Below are positions 38,844-51,530 of a stretch of 64,000 bases of DNA, in pieces; position 1 is the first letter of the stretch; each line of letters opens with the position of its first letter. Location of the stretch: positions 68,884,001 through 68,948,000 of the forward strand of contig NC_087437.1 of NCBI RefSeq assembly GCF_036321535.1, read 5' to 3'. Under the pieces are notes generated by a model, which did not search any database, was not told the origin of the DNA, and worked only from the letters and a program-made list of their open reading frames with translations. Source of the DNA: Camelus dromedarius. Lineage: Eukaryota. A program made the translations under genes and the position numbers.

Positions 38844-39829
38844 GAAACCTATTTGATTTGTTAAAGGCTTTTATGGATAAAGGGTTATTCAGATATGTGA
38901 CAGAGTCTGCGTTTTAGTTTTTATTTAATTTTTGTTAGTTGTTTTGTTCTTACAGCACATCAATACAGGTGCTTTTCTAAGGTGTAGCTCATGTTATATC
39001 CTAAAGTTAGCAGGGGTGAGATGTGCCTCAGGCTTGCCTACCTGATTTCAGTTATTCCAGATATTACAAACTCCTCAGTCCCAGTGGCAGCGTACGAATC
39101 CAGAGATGTCTTATTTCTTTCTCATGGATTTAGTGTATTTTGTGCTATTTGTTCAAGGCAGGTTAAGAGCATGAACTGTGTTCTTAGGTTTGAGTGAGTC
39201 TTAATCACATGTATTTATTTCTCTCTGTTGGCTGGTAGTGGTCTTTGTTGTGGAATAAGATACTCCAGAAGGGAGAAACATTAACAATAGAGTATATGGC
39301 TTCACAATAGGGGATATATTGAACTCCCATCATGAAAGGTACAAAGGGAGAAAGCAGCACATTCACAGTGTCTTCAAAGTGTCGAGAGAAGGGAGTGGGA
39401 GAGAAAGAGACACGGAGGAGAAAAATAAGTATGTGCTGAATGGCAGGCTGTCCTGGACAGGAAGTACACATATTTTCTCCTTCACAAAGGGGAAGGTGGA
39501 GACCAAGATAGGCTAAACATCCACTGAGCAGTGACAATGAGCAGTACCAGGGATGCCTGAGAGCAGGAACAGAGGCAGAGGCGGGGCACAGGGCTTTCTC
39601 TTCTCCACATGTTCCGGGGGGAATGAGAGAAGGACCCTGCAATGTGGTTTCAGTCCTTCTTTAGCCAGTGCCTGGTTAGAAAGCAGATAGATACTTGTTC
39701 ATTTGGGTATAATTTTTTCAAAATTACGACAAATTCAACTCTTGCTGTTTTAGTTACTAGAAGTCACATGTAGTTAAATCCATTGACCTAGCCATACAAG
39801 GAGGTCAGGGAATGAAAATGAAGTTAGCA

Positions 39830-40090
39830 TGCACCAACTGCTTAGAGAATCATGTTCTACCATGCCAGGAAAAGTTATGTATATATTGACATGTATTTTC
39901 CTTTTGATTCTCACAAGCCTAGGAGTAGCTATATTTTTCTTTATTTCCCAACATCAAGAAACCAGGGCTCTGAGAAGTTAAGAAACATACCCAAGGTGAT
40001 ACAAATAGTAAGTAGAAAAATCATTGCTTTCAATCCAGTAAGTGGAAAATTGTCATTTGAACTTGGGTCAGTATGACATAAAAACCCAAT
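39830..40090 (-). mobile_element. MIR SINE
   Basis: 'ttttgattctcacaagcctagg...gaaaccagggctctgagaagttaagaaacatacccaaggtgatacaaatagtaagt'. Confidence 0.7.
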
Positions 40091-40340
40091 CCTTAAATTT
40101 GACAGTCTAGTTGCAGAAGGAAAAAAAAAAAAATCCTAGATATCTACAGTAAACAAGCACAAAGGAAGTAGAGAATAAATGCTAAATTATTCATAATAGA
40201 TTAGTTGCATTCTAGACTTTCAGAGAAGAATGATGTGTGTGCATGTTAATTAGGCATTATCCTCGGTGCTCACTTCATTAGCCATAATCAAACAGTAGTC
40301 ACAAGGAATTAGCAACTCAAAGCAGGTTGGAACTCACACC

Positions 40341-40371
40341 TGCAACTAACAACATGTCCAGTAGAGGGAGC
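40341..40371 (+). promoter_or_regulatory. Candidate CTCF site
   Basis: CCAGTAGAGGGAGC (40358-40371) matches the core CCASYAGRKGGCRS at 13 of 14 positions, with a TGCA upstream. Confidence 0.35.
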
Positions 40372-41574
40372 TTCCATCCCACAATTGAATCTCCTTTCGC
40401 AGCCGGTGCAAAATCCTGCTTTCTACAGGAGCCCTGAAAGGTCCAGGAAAGCAAATTATCTTCAAGTATATTTGAGGGAAGAATTACTCCTATTTTAATG
40501 CAAGTCACTGCCTAGATGCAAAGAGGAATGCATAAAATTTATTTGCTCATTACCTAAATTAAACTTACTGAAATCTAATGGAGTGTTAGATGTTGCCTCT
40601 GATTCACTGTATTTATCGAAGCCTGGAAATGGCCCATGTTGTCATGGCCATTATTGAGGCATTTTATTCCCCGGGCTGTGCTGTGGCATCTCCTGGCCTC
40701 ATTAATATCGTAGCTTAAGGTACCAACTCACCTTCAGTGGGTCTCTGCTTCCCATATTCTCATTTCATCTGATTCCTGAAGGAGAGGGTGAGATGGATCA
40801 GGAAAAGGGATAAAATAAATAATAAATACACACACTTACGTAGTGGCTTCCTTATTGTGTGAAAATGTGGGAATAAAGAAATATCCTAAGTTCATGTAGG
40901 AAAAGCAAACCTTAGGGGTTTGTTTGTTTGTTTTTTTTTCAGTTGTAACTTACCTAACATAGTATCTGACAAGTGAAATGGGGGAATGCAAGCAAGGGAG
41001 AAACAGCACACTCTTTTCAGCCTGCGTTCAAGGGGTCGCTGCTGCTACTGTTGTTACTTACCAGTTTTCACAGAATTCATTTCCCATCTTTTGATGGGAC
41101 TTGGCCCCATCTTTTCCTCTGATTTTGTTTGTTTCCTCTCCATCCCACTCTTCCATCTTCTTCGCTTCTCCTCCAAGACATCTATTATTTCTTCTTTTCC
41201 TTTTTTAACTGGCTGATGTTCTCCCAGGCATTCTACCACTTCACATGCAAATTAACTTAGCCTGCTTTTTTACGGAAGCTGCCAGTCTTCTGAAAGTATC
41301 CTCACTGCGCTGCACCGGTTCTGTATGATTTGAAATAGTGCACAGAAGGACATGTCAAATCCCACACCTCGTTCTGCAGAAGTTGACCTCTATGAGGCAG
41401 TACTGGCCTCTGAGCTCAGGGTCTTCTGCCATGTGATGGCTCTGTCACTTGCTTTGGCTCTGATTGGGCAAAGAGGGAAATAGACGTGTTGGTGCCGGGA
41501 TTTGATGTCCACGAACCAGAACAGGAAGAGAGGCTACAATAACTAAGGGGAAAGGTTAAAGCTAGTATAGGGGT

Positions 41575-41735
41575 GCTAACTTTACTAGCTGTGTTATTTG
41601 GTTAGGTCTTTTTTATTTTCCAAGCCTCAGTTTCCTTATTTATAGAATAGGAATAAAAATTATCACCCCCACAGATGTGCTGTGAGAATAAAGTGAGCAA
41701 TGCATGTACAAATAATCATTAAGGAACTTGGATGT
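41575..41735 (+). mobile_element. MIR SINE
   Basis: 'ttactagctgtgttatttgg...agcctcagtttccttatttatagaataggaataaaaat...gctgtgagaataaagtgag'. Confidence 0.75.
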
Positions 41736-42529
41736 AACTAAGAGTGTGGCTCTGAAAGATGATATGATGATGTCTAAAGGGCATAGGGTTGGCCAGCAGA
41801 GGTTCTGGTTCCTGCTGCACTGCTTTGCAGACACTTAGCTTCTGCAGAGCTCAGAGGCAGATGCAAAGGCTGCAAACCCAAGCTGTGCTTCTGACCTGCT
41901 ATGGGATCTTGGATAAGCCATATGAACTCTGAGTTTCTATTTCTGTTTTTGGAAAATGAGCAAAAATAGTACCTGCTTTAAAGTCGACCAGATTGAATAT
42001 GATGATCTACATAGAAAAGTGTTCCAGTCAGGAAGGCAGGCTGCTTGGCACCCCTTTTAATCTCCAGCACCACAAAGCCTTTTCACCCCTCCTGTAGGGA
42101 TCTCAGTTATGTCACCCCAACACACAGCCTGCTCCTCACTGTCATGAGAGCTCTCCAAAATCTGTTCTACCCATTGTTCTCGTTGAATGTTCCTTCTTTG
42201 ATCTTTTGCTGTACAAAGTGTACCAGTGCCCAAGCTAGGAACACAATCACCTGTCACACAGCTCTCCTGGCTGTAAATCACAGCATATCCTTCAAGAAGA
42301 TGCAAACATCATTATACTCCCAGCTCACCACAAAATCTTTCTGGCCCTGCTGCCAAGGAGGCACCATTACATTATCTCTAATGGGTGTCCTAGAACCTTC
42401 ATGCAAAGACTACTATGGAGCTTTCTTATCAACGTTCCAGAAAGCACCACCTTCAACTGATTTAGCTTCCTCTTTTACTGAAATGATGGAAGTGATCCGG
42501 TGTGACCACCTCTTCTAACAATCCTCCTC

Positions 42530-42532
<3 letters not shown>

Positions 42533-42574
<42 letters not shown>
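42533..42574 (+). repeat. (TG)21 microsatellite
   Basis: Perfect dinucleotide run. Confidence 0.97.
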
Positions 42575-42582
<8 letters not shown>

Positions 42583-42932
42583 GCACATAATACTTACACT
42601 TTTCTTCTATCAAACTAATGTCTATTTCTTCTTCTCCTTAATTCTGTCTCCTTAATTTTCTCATCACTAAAATGTGGAAATGCCTAAAGATTTAGGCATA
42701 AATGCTTCTACTCTCCTGGCTTTACTCAGATGTTTTAGTCAGCGCATCCATCTTTGTAGAATCAACAGCTGCTTTTGTCTGGATGACGTAAGGTCAGCAT
42801 CTGCAGCTTTGCTCTCTCTTATGAGCTTCAGTGTTTTATGTCCAGCTGCCCTCTGGACATTTCAGGATGACTCTATGTGGGTTACAGTATGGTTTAGAAA
42901 AACAAGAAATGCATTACCCTGTTCTGAGAGAG

Positions 42933-43420
42933 TGTGTTATTTTTTCCATTGCTGCTGTAACAAACCTAGCAGCTTAAACTACACAAATGTACTAACTCAG
43001 AGTTCTGTAGGTAAGAAACTCAGCACAGCAAGGCTGCACTCTCTGTTCAGAGTTGTACAGACTAGAATGAAGGTGTCTGCTGTGCTGTGCTTCCCACCCA
43101 GGGCTCATGGACTAAGTTCACTGGCTGTGGAAGGATTGTTTCTTTCTGCTCTCCATATGGCCTTCTTCATCTTCCAGCCAGCAGTGTTGGGGAAGAGTCC
43201 TCATGCTTTCAGTCTCTCTGACCTCATTTTCTGCTTTTAAAGGTTCACGTGACTGCACTGGGCCCAACCCGGTCATCTAGGATAATCATCCTGTTTTAAG
43301 CTCTATTTGTTTGTAATATTAATTACATTTTCAAAATCCCTTTTGCCACATAAGGTAACATGTATATCCCCAGGGATCAGAGTAGGGATTCCTACTGGAG
43401 GCTATGATTTTCCCTATGAA
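42933..43420 (-). mobile_element. MLT1D/E-type solo LTR
   Basis: 'tgtgttattttttccattgctgctgtaacaaacctagcagcttaaac...ggataatcatcctgttttaag...aattacattttcaaaatcccttttgcc'. Confidence 0.75.
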
Positions 43421-43852
43421 AACCATCACTGAAGACAACTTTAACCTAGAAGAATAGAGTTGAAAGGAGTACTAGGGACCCCCTTGGCCAATCTCTTTAT
43501 TTTCCAGGTAAGGAAATTTGAAGTTCAGTACTAAATGGACCCAGCAAGGTTGCACATTGTTTAGTGACAACACTGGTGCTCCTTCCACTGCTTCCCACGT
43601 GCAGTATTTCCATCTGGTCCCACATTTTCTCGTCTTGAAAAGCTCGCCTTTTTTTTATGTTGAAATTATATTCAATCATGAGTTGTCCATCTATTATAAT
43701 CACTGTCCATCTCAGCTTTGAAATTTTATTGAATGAAACTGCTAATAAAAACATAAACAAAATAATTTTTTAAGATTTATGTAGGCCTAAATGGAGCAAT
43801 TAGAAATCATAAGGCCGCGTGCGAATAGCAGTATGTGTGTGCACGTGAATGC

Positions 43853-43854
<2 letters not shown>

Positions 43855-43888
<34 letters not shown>
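43855..43888 (+). repeat. (AC)17 microsatellite
   Basis: Perfect dinucleotide run. Confidence 0.97.
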
Positions 43889-43892
<4 letters not shown>

Positions 43893-43899
43893 TGTAGAG

Positions 43900-44480
43900 T
43901 GTAAGAACTGACAAAGAAGAAGTCAAGTCTCCCTGGAGATGAGTTTTGAAGGAAGATAAAAACATCTTGACAGAAAGTAGAGAAGGTGTTGTTATGAAGG
44001 AAGAAGGCACAGATGCATGAGTTAGCAAGTCAAGAGCATCAAGCAGATTGGATTTTGTTTCATGAAATAGAAGGACTCTTGAGGAATAAGACAGGGGTGA
44101 TTTCAGCTGCATAAGAAACAGTCATTTACCAGAAGTCTGAATTGGAATCCACGGAGACAGGTAGATCAGATTTGGAAAAGCAAACTGAACACTGTATTCC
44201 CACTGGCTATCTGTCATCCGGGGGTAAGATGGAGAGAGACCCGAGGGAGAACCAACCAGGAAACGGTTGCGGGAATCCAGGCGTGAATTAAGAAATGTGG
44301 AAGGGCTGCGGAAGTGAAAAGAACGGACAAATCGGTGAAACACGAGGAAGACCCAGAAGGATTTGTTGGCTGATATAATACGGTGCACGTTGGAAAGAGA
44401 AGAATTCATGTGTAGAATTTTGAACTGAGAGGATCTGGATAATGGATATGACACCAGCAGTGACGGAAGGATTTGAAAAT
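43900..44480 (-). mobile_element. L2 LINE fragment
   Basis: 'gagatgagttttgaaggaag...gatcagatttggaaa...accaggaaacggttgcgggaatccaggcgtga...aaggatttgttggctgat'. Confidence 0.65.
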
Positions 44481-44827
44481 GGCTTGTTTTCCCTGAGTAT
44501 ATGTGGGACCTCCTTCCAACGTCATCCAACCATTTACCAAAAAAAAAAAAAAAAAAAAAATTAAGGCATAAAATGATTATTTGAACTTTGTAGTCATTGA
44601 GACAGTTTCTGAAACATAAAAAAACAGGGTTTGAAAAACTTTACAGAAAAATAGGAAAAAAATCTTTTTTAAGGCAGAGAATAAGGTTTGACCTTCTAGA
44701 TGTATTACTAAATCCCTTCCAAGTCTTTTCTCATTGCTGCCCTGTGACTCTCACACTCCCATTCCAATCAGTACCTATGCCTTCCTCATCAGTAGCCCCT
44801 CAATTGCACTTCCATAGGATTGGTAAG

Positions 44828-45316
44828 TGTATCTCATCAGGGTTCTTCGGAGAAATAGAACTAATATTTTTATTTATTTGTTTATTTATGTATCTTTTTT
44901 TTTAATATATATTATGAGGAACTGGCTCATATAATTCTGGAGGCCGAGAAGACTCTCAATCTACTGTCTGTAAACTGGAGCCCCAGGAAGGCCAGTGGTG
45001 TAATTCAATCCTAAAACCTCAGAACCAGGGGAGCTGATCGATGGTTCATATCCCCATCTGAGGGCAGAAGAAGATGTGATGAGATATCCGAGTTCAAACA
45101 GTAAGGAAGAAACAAAGTTCCTCTGCCTTTTGCTTTATTCAGCCCTCAGTGGATTGATGGTGCCAACCCAAATTGGACAGGATAATCTATCCTACTGAGT
45201 TCACTGATTCAAATGCTAATCTCATCCGGAATTACCCTCACAATCACACCCAGTAATAATATCTAGTCTGGGCATCCCGTGGCCAATCAAGTTGACATAT
45301 AAAATTAACCATCCCA
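44828..45316 (-). mobile_element. MLT2B-type solo LTR (ERVL)
   Basis: 'tcagggttcttcggagaaatagaac...gaggaactggctcat...ggaggccgagaag...caagttgacatataaaattaaccatc'. Confidence 0.85.
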
Positions 45317-46079
45317 GCCAATGAATTGGGATGAACTGACTCCACCCATTGTTTTTAATAATCTGACCAAAGCTGCAGAAGTGTGAATGCCTAGAGACAG
45401 AAATGCCCATCAGGTAGAAAAAAGTAGGAAATGGTTATTTGTATTCTGTTCACGTGTTTACTATGATATACTTATCGCCTCACCTCTGGTTTTCACCTCC
45501 TCCATTCCTTTCAATGAATTTTCCTAAAATCTCACTTTAGTAACATCACTTTGTGGGGGAAAAAAAAATCGAACAACTTTTTAATTGTTTCTCATTGCCT
45601 GACGTACCTACCTGTATTTCTTACTGTGGCCAGTTTTCTGAGATATTATGTTTGTTTTTTCTCCCAGTTTGTTCTTCACGTTCCATTTCTTCTTTCAAGC
45701 AAGTAGCCAGACTCCATACTACCTTGTCTCACGGGAGGTTTGTAGCAGTTGAGGAGATTAGAAGGTGCTCTCAAAGTATCTCTTTTCCTGGCTTTTGTTT
45801 CCTAAAAGTGGGAAGAGTTTAGGATAAACATCCTGGAGGGGGAGGAGAAAAGACTAAAAAGCACCAGGTATGGATAACATTTTAGAAATTTTAACTGATG
45901 TTGAAATCAGTGTGAAGTCGGGTATATGTTGGAGTTAAGTACATTCATTTTATATAGTCAAAAATCACTTCCACCACCTGTGGATGACTCCAAGTCAGTA
46001 TCTGAGCTTTGTTATCTTTTATAAGCTCCTGTTGTTCATATGATCAGCTGTCTGTCGGGCATTTGGAGTAGGGGTAGAT

Positions 46080-47000
46080 ATTTTTGAACAAATTTTAAAA
46101 GCTTCCTTCTATTTCTAACTAGCTAAATTTTTTTTCTTATTGAAGTTTAATTTTATCATAATACTTTTTCTGTGTTTATTTAGATAATTGCGTATTTGTT
46201 GTCTTTTGATCTGTGAATGGAATCAATTAAGTTGATAGTTTCTCTAATAACATATCGCCTTCTGCTGCCTGAGATGAGATCAACTGGGTTATAGTGTATT
46301 ATCTTTTTCACACACTTCTGTGAATTTTTTATTAGTATTTTATTAGTATTTTGTTTAGGAGTTTTGCATCTAAGGTTACAACTGAGATTAGTTTCTACTT
46401 TTCCTTCCTAATATGATCTTTGCTTGCTTTTGGTATCACTGTTATTCCAGCCTCATGAGTCAACAAATGTTCTTTTTCTATTTACTAGAAAAAAATTATT
46501 ATATAAGCTCACTAGAAAAATTTTATTTTTTAGGTTAGAATGACCTAAGAGTTGAAAGTTTGATAGAACCTTCTGTAAAACTAAGTTGAATCTTTTCCTT
46601 GCAGGAATATTTTTAACTGCGCACTCTGTGTTTTAGTGGTTGACTATAGGACACTTCAAATTCTCCAGTTCTTCTTGAATCTGTTTTGAAATGTTGTGTT
46701 TGTATAGGGTGCATCCAAGTTTCTTAAATTTTCAAATTTATGGGCATAAAGTTATTCACGTACTTCTGTTATTATAACTTTAATCCTAGTATGTCTATTT
46801 TTTTCTGTTTTTCTTGGTGAATTCTGACAGTGTTGTCTGGTTTTTAATCTTTCGTATGAATATATTTTGCCTTTGTGGAATGTCTTTATCATTATTTCCT
46901 AATTTATTAATTTATTCTGCTATATTTAAAAATTTTTTTCCTGTTCCTTTGAATTTGGCCTGATGCTATTTCTCTGTACTTTGAACTGGACATTTAGCTC
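46080..47000 (-). mobile_element. Ancient L1M ORF2 fragment
   Basis: T-rich degenerate L1 sequence ('attttgtttaggagttttgcatctaagg...ttttggtatcactgttattccagcctcat'). Confidence 0.7.
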
Positions 47001-47822
47001 ATGTGTTTAAAGGTACCCTTGCAATTTATCTGGAATACAGTTGTATTGCAGTGGAGGAGTCTCTGTCTGGTTTGCTGGACTGCCCCAAATGCAAGTCCCT
47101 GAAGTAAAGTTTACTGAGCAATCAAGGCAAGAGAATAGCTCTGGCCACACCTGAAGTATTATATTCAGTTCTCTTTACATGATTAAAAGATACATGAACA
47201 AAAGTAGGATGTACATTGATAAAGGTAAATAGGGTGGTGGAATGTCTAAAATTCATGACATAGGAGGAAATACTGAAATAACTATTGAGTATTTAACAGA
47301 AATTAGAATGGAGTGGGGTCGGGGTTGGGGGTGATGAGAAAATCTTCAAAATCTTAAAGTGCTAAAATATGAGAGATTGAATGTATTTTTAAAAAAATTC
47401 TAAATGACAAAAATTAAGTTGCCAGATAACATTTAGAAACTAGAGCTTGATTCAAGAACGAAATATCTCCTAATAAGCTCCCCGGTGGTAGGAAATCCAT
47501 TTGGATGGGAATTGTTCAGCCTGGCCCACCACATAGCTGAATATTGTAGTGGAATGGCACGCATGACTTAGAGGGCTGAATTTTACTTGGGACTTTATGA
47601 TTTTAAGCTCATTGATCTTGGAAAGGAGATCCGGTAGCACCTACTGCTTTTGTTTCCACTATAGTATCCAAAACACCCTACGTGAGCTCTGTGGACACTG
47701 AAAATGAGTGTATAAATGAATGATTGAATGAGTAAATCAGTTGTAACAGCAGCAGACATGAAATGAGTGGTCTCTGGTTTTTCCCATCTTGTGTGTAGTT
47801 AATACAGCTATCAACTTAAAAA

Positions 47823-47846
47823 TGTGTGTGTGTGTGTGTGTGTGTG
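47823..47846 (+). repeat. (TG)12 microsatellite
   Basis: Perfect dinucleotide run. Confidence 0.95.
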
Positions 47847-48922
47847 TTAGACAAGTGGGAGTAAAGATAATCTGCTAAAATCCAAGCACTGAAAGTGATT
47901 TCTTATTCAGGGGGAGTCCAACCCTCCCACGTTTCAGTTCAGAGACACCCTGGGAATGTTTTATGGATAAGGCTTCATCACCTGTTAGCAGAGGGACTGA
48001 AAGGCTGAGCTACTTTTGATGGATGGCCCTTCAGAGTCTGTCTCTAAAACGGTACCCTTGGCTCGCCCCTTCTTAACGACTCCCTTCGTGCAGGATTCTG
48101 ATAATCTTCCTTCTGCTGGCTCCTGAGTTGGTATAGGACATCTGCTTTCTCCGGGAAGCTGTCTGCCTTCCTACCTTCACTGTAAATTACTTACAGGGCA
48201 TGTGTAATTCAGCCCGTTTTTTTTTTCGGTTCAGGGAGAGAATTGTATCATGTGTATTCTAATTTCAATCACCATCCTCTTATGGCCACTCTCCTTGCTT
48301 CCAGTTTTGCCCCTCTAACCTCCCATCCAGTTTCTACTCTGCATCCAAGAGACCCTTCAACAGCAAAAATGTTGATCATGCAACTTCCTTGTTTACCCTT
48401 GTGTAGTGGTTCTGTGTTACCATATAAAGTCCCAAATCTGCCCCACAGCCCAAGAGCGGCTGCAAAATCTATAATCTGCCTGCCACTCCTGAGTCTCTCC
48501 TCATTAAAACCTGTCTACACAGGCTGGGACATCTTTGGTTCTTTACACGAACTTCTCTCTCTCTTATCTAGGTCATGGAGCCCCCACTGACAAAATGAGT
48601 TTGATTTGGCAAGAATAATTTGGAATGATGGTATGGCCAGGGTGAAGTCTTAGTCAGCAACACATACGAAAAAATGATTCTTTTTTTTGTTTTTTCTTCT
48701 TCCCTTAAATGAACTTAATCTCAACTCCAGGCCACATTCTTGCCACCTTGGTCAGAGTTCTGTCAGCACTTCATTCATTCTGCTAGGTGGTTTCTCTGAT
48801 TCCATTATATGATATAATACATTCTCTGTATTTCTACAATAGTTTTTCTGGATTTCAAATGAAGTTAGGACATTTCCATGTTTAGATTCTTCAGAAGCTC
48901 TCTAAAGTCAATAGGATTAATA

Positions 48923-49092
48923 TGTTGCAGACTGCCAGGTGTGTTCTCATATCCATCTTCCTCTTGCTCCTGGCACATTGACTACACTGTATCTCCCAGC
49001 ATCTCTTTAAGCTACACTTAGCCCTTTGACTAAGCTCAGGACAATGGGATAATGAGTGGAAGTGCTGCATGCAAATCAAAGACATCTCCAGG
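48923..49092 (+). mobile_element. MLT1 (H/I/J-like) LTR 5' fragment
   Basis: 'tgttgcagactgcc...ctacactgtatctcccagcatctctttaagct...gactaagctcaggacaatgggataatgagtggaagtg'. Confidence 0.6.
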
Positions 49093-49904
49093 TGCAGAGC
49101 TGTCACTCTGTACTCTGGCCCCTGCTGACCTCTCCGGTCTTGTACATTGAACTTTCTGAATTTTACACTCTAATACCAGCTACTTGTGGTTCTCATTTGT
49201 GTTGTGTTACTGTGTGCTTATGAGCTTTTAGTCCTTTTGCTCATCTAGTGTGAAATCCCCTTTGTTCTTCCATCATCTTCAACTTTTAGAACTTCATCTG
49301 CTCCATCTCCCTATCCCTGTTCTGGCCTGGCTTAGATGCCACCCCTGTGAGCTTCCACCATACTAGGCATACTGCAATTTCTTTTTTATTTATCTAGTTC
49401 CTCCGTTGTGCTAAACATTCCCAAAGAAAGCTACTGTGTTGTATACCTGTCTTGTAGCCTTGACACCTAGCAAAGGGCTTGGCACTTAGTCCATGCTTAA
49501 TCTGACTGCTTTTTTAATGCCCTCGATACTGCCATCATTCAGGTGGCAGAGAGCGCTGAAACAACATGGCTGGTTGAATGCATTTGGTAAGGAGCTGGGA
49601 AGAGCAACATTCTTCAAGAGACACTGGACGTCTACTTGACTTGGCCATCCAGAAGACATTGTTTCCCATTGTAAGGGAAAAGAATCTTTGATTACACGTC
49701 TCCCTCACCTTTGGCATCGGGCCTCCCCAGCTGCATTTGTAATTCGCATACTTTCTCTGTCTCTTGCCCTTTGTCCACATTTTCTTTATTTGGTCTTTTT
49801 CAGAGCATTCTGTCCTCACCATTCAAACTTAGCTGCATGAGGAATACTTTCTTACTGCTCTTTGACCAAGTGTCACCATTCCAGACAAAGAGAAAGCAAC
49901 ACCA

Positions 49905-50054
49905 TTTTCTTTTTTTTTTTTTTTCTTTTTCTTTTTTAATGGGAGAAGGTAATTAGGTTTATTTTATTTATTTTTAGAGGAGGTACTGGGGATTGAACCC
50001 AGGACCTCATACATGTTAAGCATGCACTCTACAGCTTGGGCTGTGCCCACCCCC
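49905..50054 (-). mobile_element. tRNA-derived SINE (camelid vic-1-like)
   Basis: T-rich tail, then 'ggtaattaggtttattttattt...gaggtactggggattgaacccaggacctc...aagcatgcactctac...cccacccc'. No clear TSD. Confidence 0.88.
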
Positions 50055-51149
50055 TTCACTTTAATTTTTCATTTGCTTCAAGTACAGAGAAGTGGCAGGA
50101 TTGGTGAGGCGACGTGTGACTGAAGACGGGGGAGAAGAAATGTTTGGAAGGAAAGATTCCTTTTCTGACAGTGTCATCATGTTGTGGCACCATGGTCCCA
50201 TGACGATTGTCATTTCCTCTTCTATCATATTTATGAATCAAAATTCCTAGCCGACTGAGTGACTCAGATGGTTAACAATCCATCAGGCTGCCTGCTCGCT
50301 GAGGTATCAGGTTAGAGTCTAAAAGTTGTCCTCCAGGTTTCTTTTCAGAGGCCAGGGCAGTTTTGATCCTTTGTTTTCCGTCTCCTCCGATATGGCTGAT
50401 GCCATTAGTGGTTGTGAAGTTTCCCCTAGTAGTTTTAGAATCTGAGGCATTTCTGCTTCACCTTCACACAGTGGAGACAGCAGAAATCTGACCTTTCCTA
50501 TGTGCAAATTTTAGCAAGAAAGCATTTTATTTGTGCAAAACATGTTTACCTTCAAAATTTGTGCCTTGATTGATGTCTTAAATTCTTATTTTTTCCTCTC
50601 CCTGATTTTTTGGGTTGTGTTTTTTTTGACATTTCTTGTGTGACTGTTCCAGCCCTCCCCAGAGACCCTGCTAAATGCTCTAGAACCCTCTTTCCTTTTG
50701 CTTGTCAGGGGGTCCTGGTGACTTGACTTGCCCTCTGGGGCTCTGACTTCCTGTGAAGGTGCTGACCCAGCCATGCTTCAGGCTCATCCCTTGCCCTGGT
50801 GGAGAATGCAGAGGCTTCTTCCTAACGTTCAAGATCTGAGTTAACTCTTAGGGTTTGAGGTTTGCCTTTCAAAGACACAAGGCTTAACCGGGCCTCCAAC
50901 ACTTACCGGGGCTCTGAGCCTACAGAGAACCTTTCCCTCTTTCCTGCATGCCTGGTGATAAAACTCCCTTCTGTCCCTTTATTGCATTGCCTCCCCTCTG
51001 GTGAGGATCTGTAATGATTGCTGGAGTGCTGGGAATTCATGCTAATCGTGAGTTCTTAACAGTGGTGACTTCCCCTTTTTTTCCTTCTTTTTTTTTCTTT
51101 TCTTTTCTTTCTTTTTTTAATTCCTCTAGTGGGTAGCTCTGAAAAGAGT

Positions 51150-51530
51150 AATTCATCAAATCATTTTTATTCAACTTTGGAGGGAGAAGAAAGAGGAAAA
51201 GAAGGGGAGAGAAAAGCCCCTTTGCAGTTTTAATTGCTTTGCAGCGTCAGCGGGAGGCTCCGCTTGGCTTATCGGCACTCACACAGCCCAGGCCCTGCGC
51301 CCCAAGCTGTGCGCGGCCTCGGTGGGGCGGCCGGGCTCCACCGATGGACCAGATAGTGCCTCAGTTATCTGATGGCTTCGGTGCTTAGGAGGTTAATTCA
51401 CGTGATGAATTCAAAATTTGGGAGGGGGGAGGTGAAAGGAAGAGGGGATAGAGGCTGCTCTGCAGGATTTTTAAATTAAGATTTTTTTTTTTTTAAAGAA
51501 ATCTTGTTCCTCCCTTCCTGCTTTTCAGAA
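51150..51530. promoter_or_regulatory. CpG-enriched putative enhancer or alternative promoter
   Basis: About 13 CpGs in 51241-51405, a GC box GGGGCGG (51324-51330), two opposed GATA sites and the E-box TCACGTGA (51398-51405). Confidence 0.45.

Noticed and set aside
42045..43240. Longest non-L1 ORFs (157 aa at 42045-42518 and 188 aa at 42674-43240)
   Set aside because: They start at non-ATG codons and show no recognisable domain. The second runs into an MLT1 LTR. Lengths are compatible with chance in 64 kb across six frames.
49770..49860. Strong-looking splice acceptor (tttctttatttggtctttttcag), with similar ones near 19489, 20421 and 51528
   Set aside because: No convincing downstream donor or recognisable coding frame. 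Such pseudo-acceptors are common in T-rich introns.
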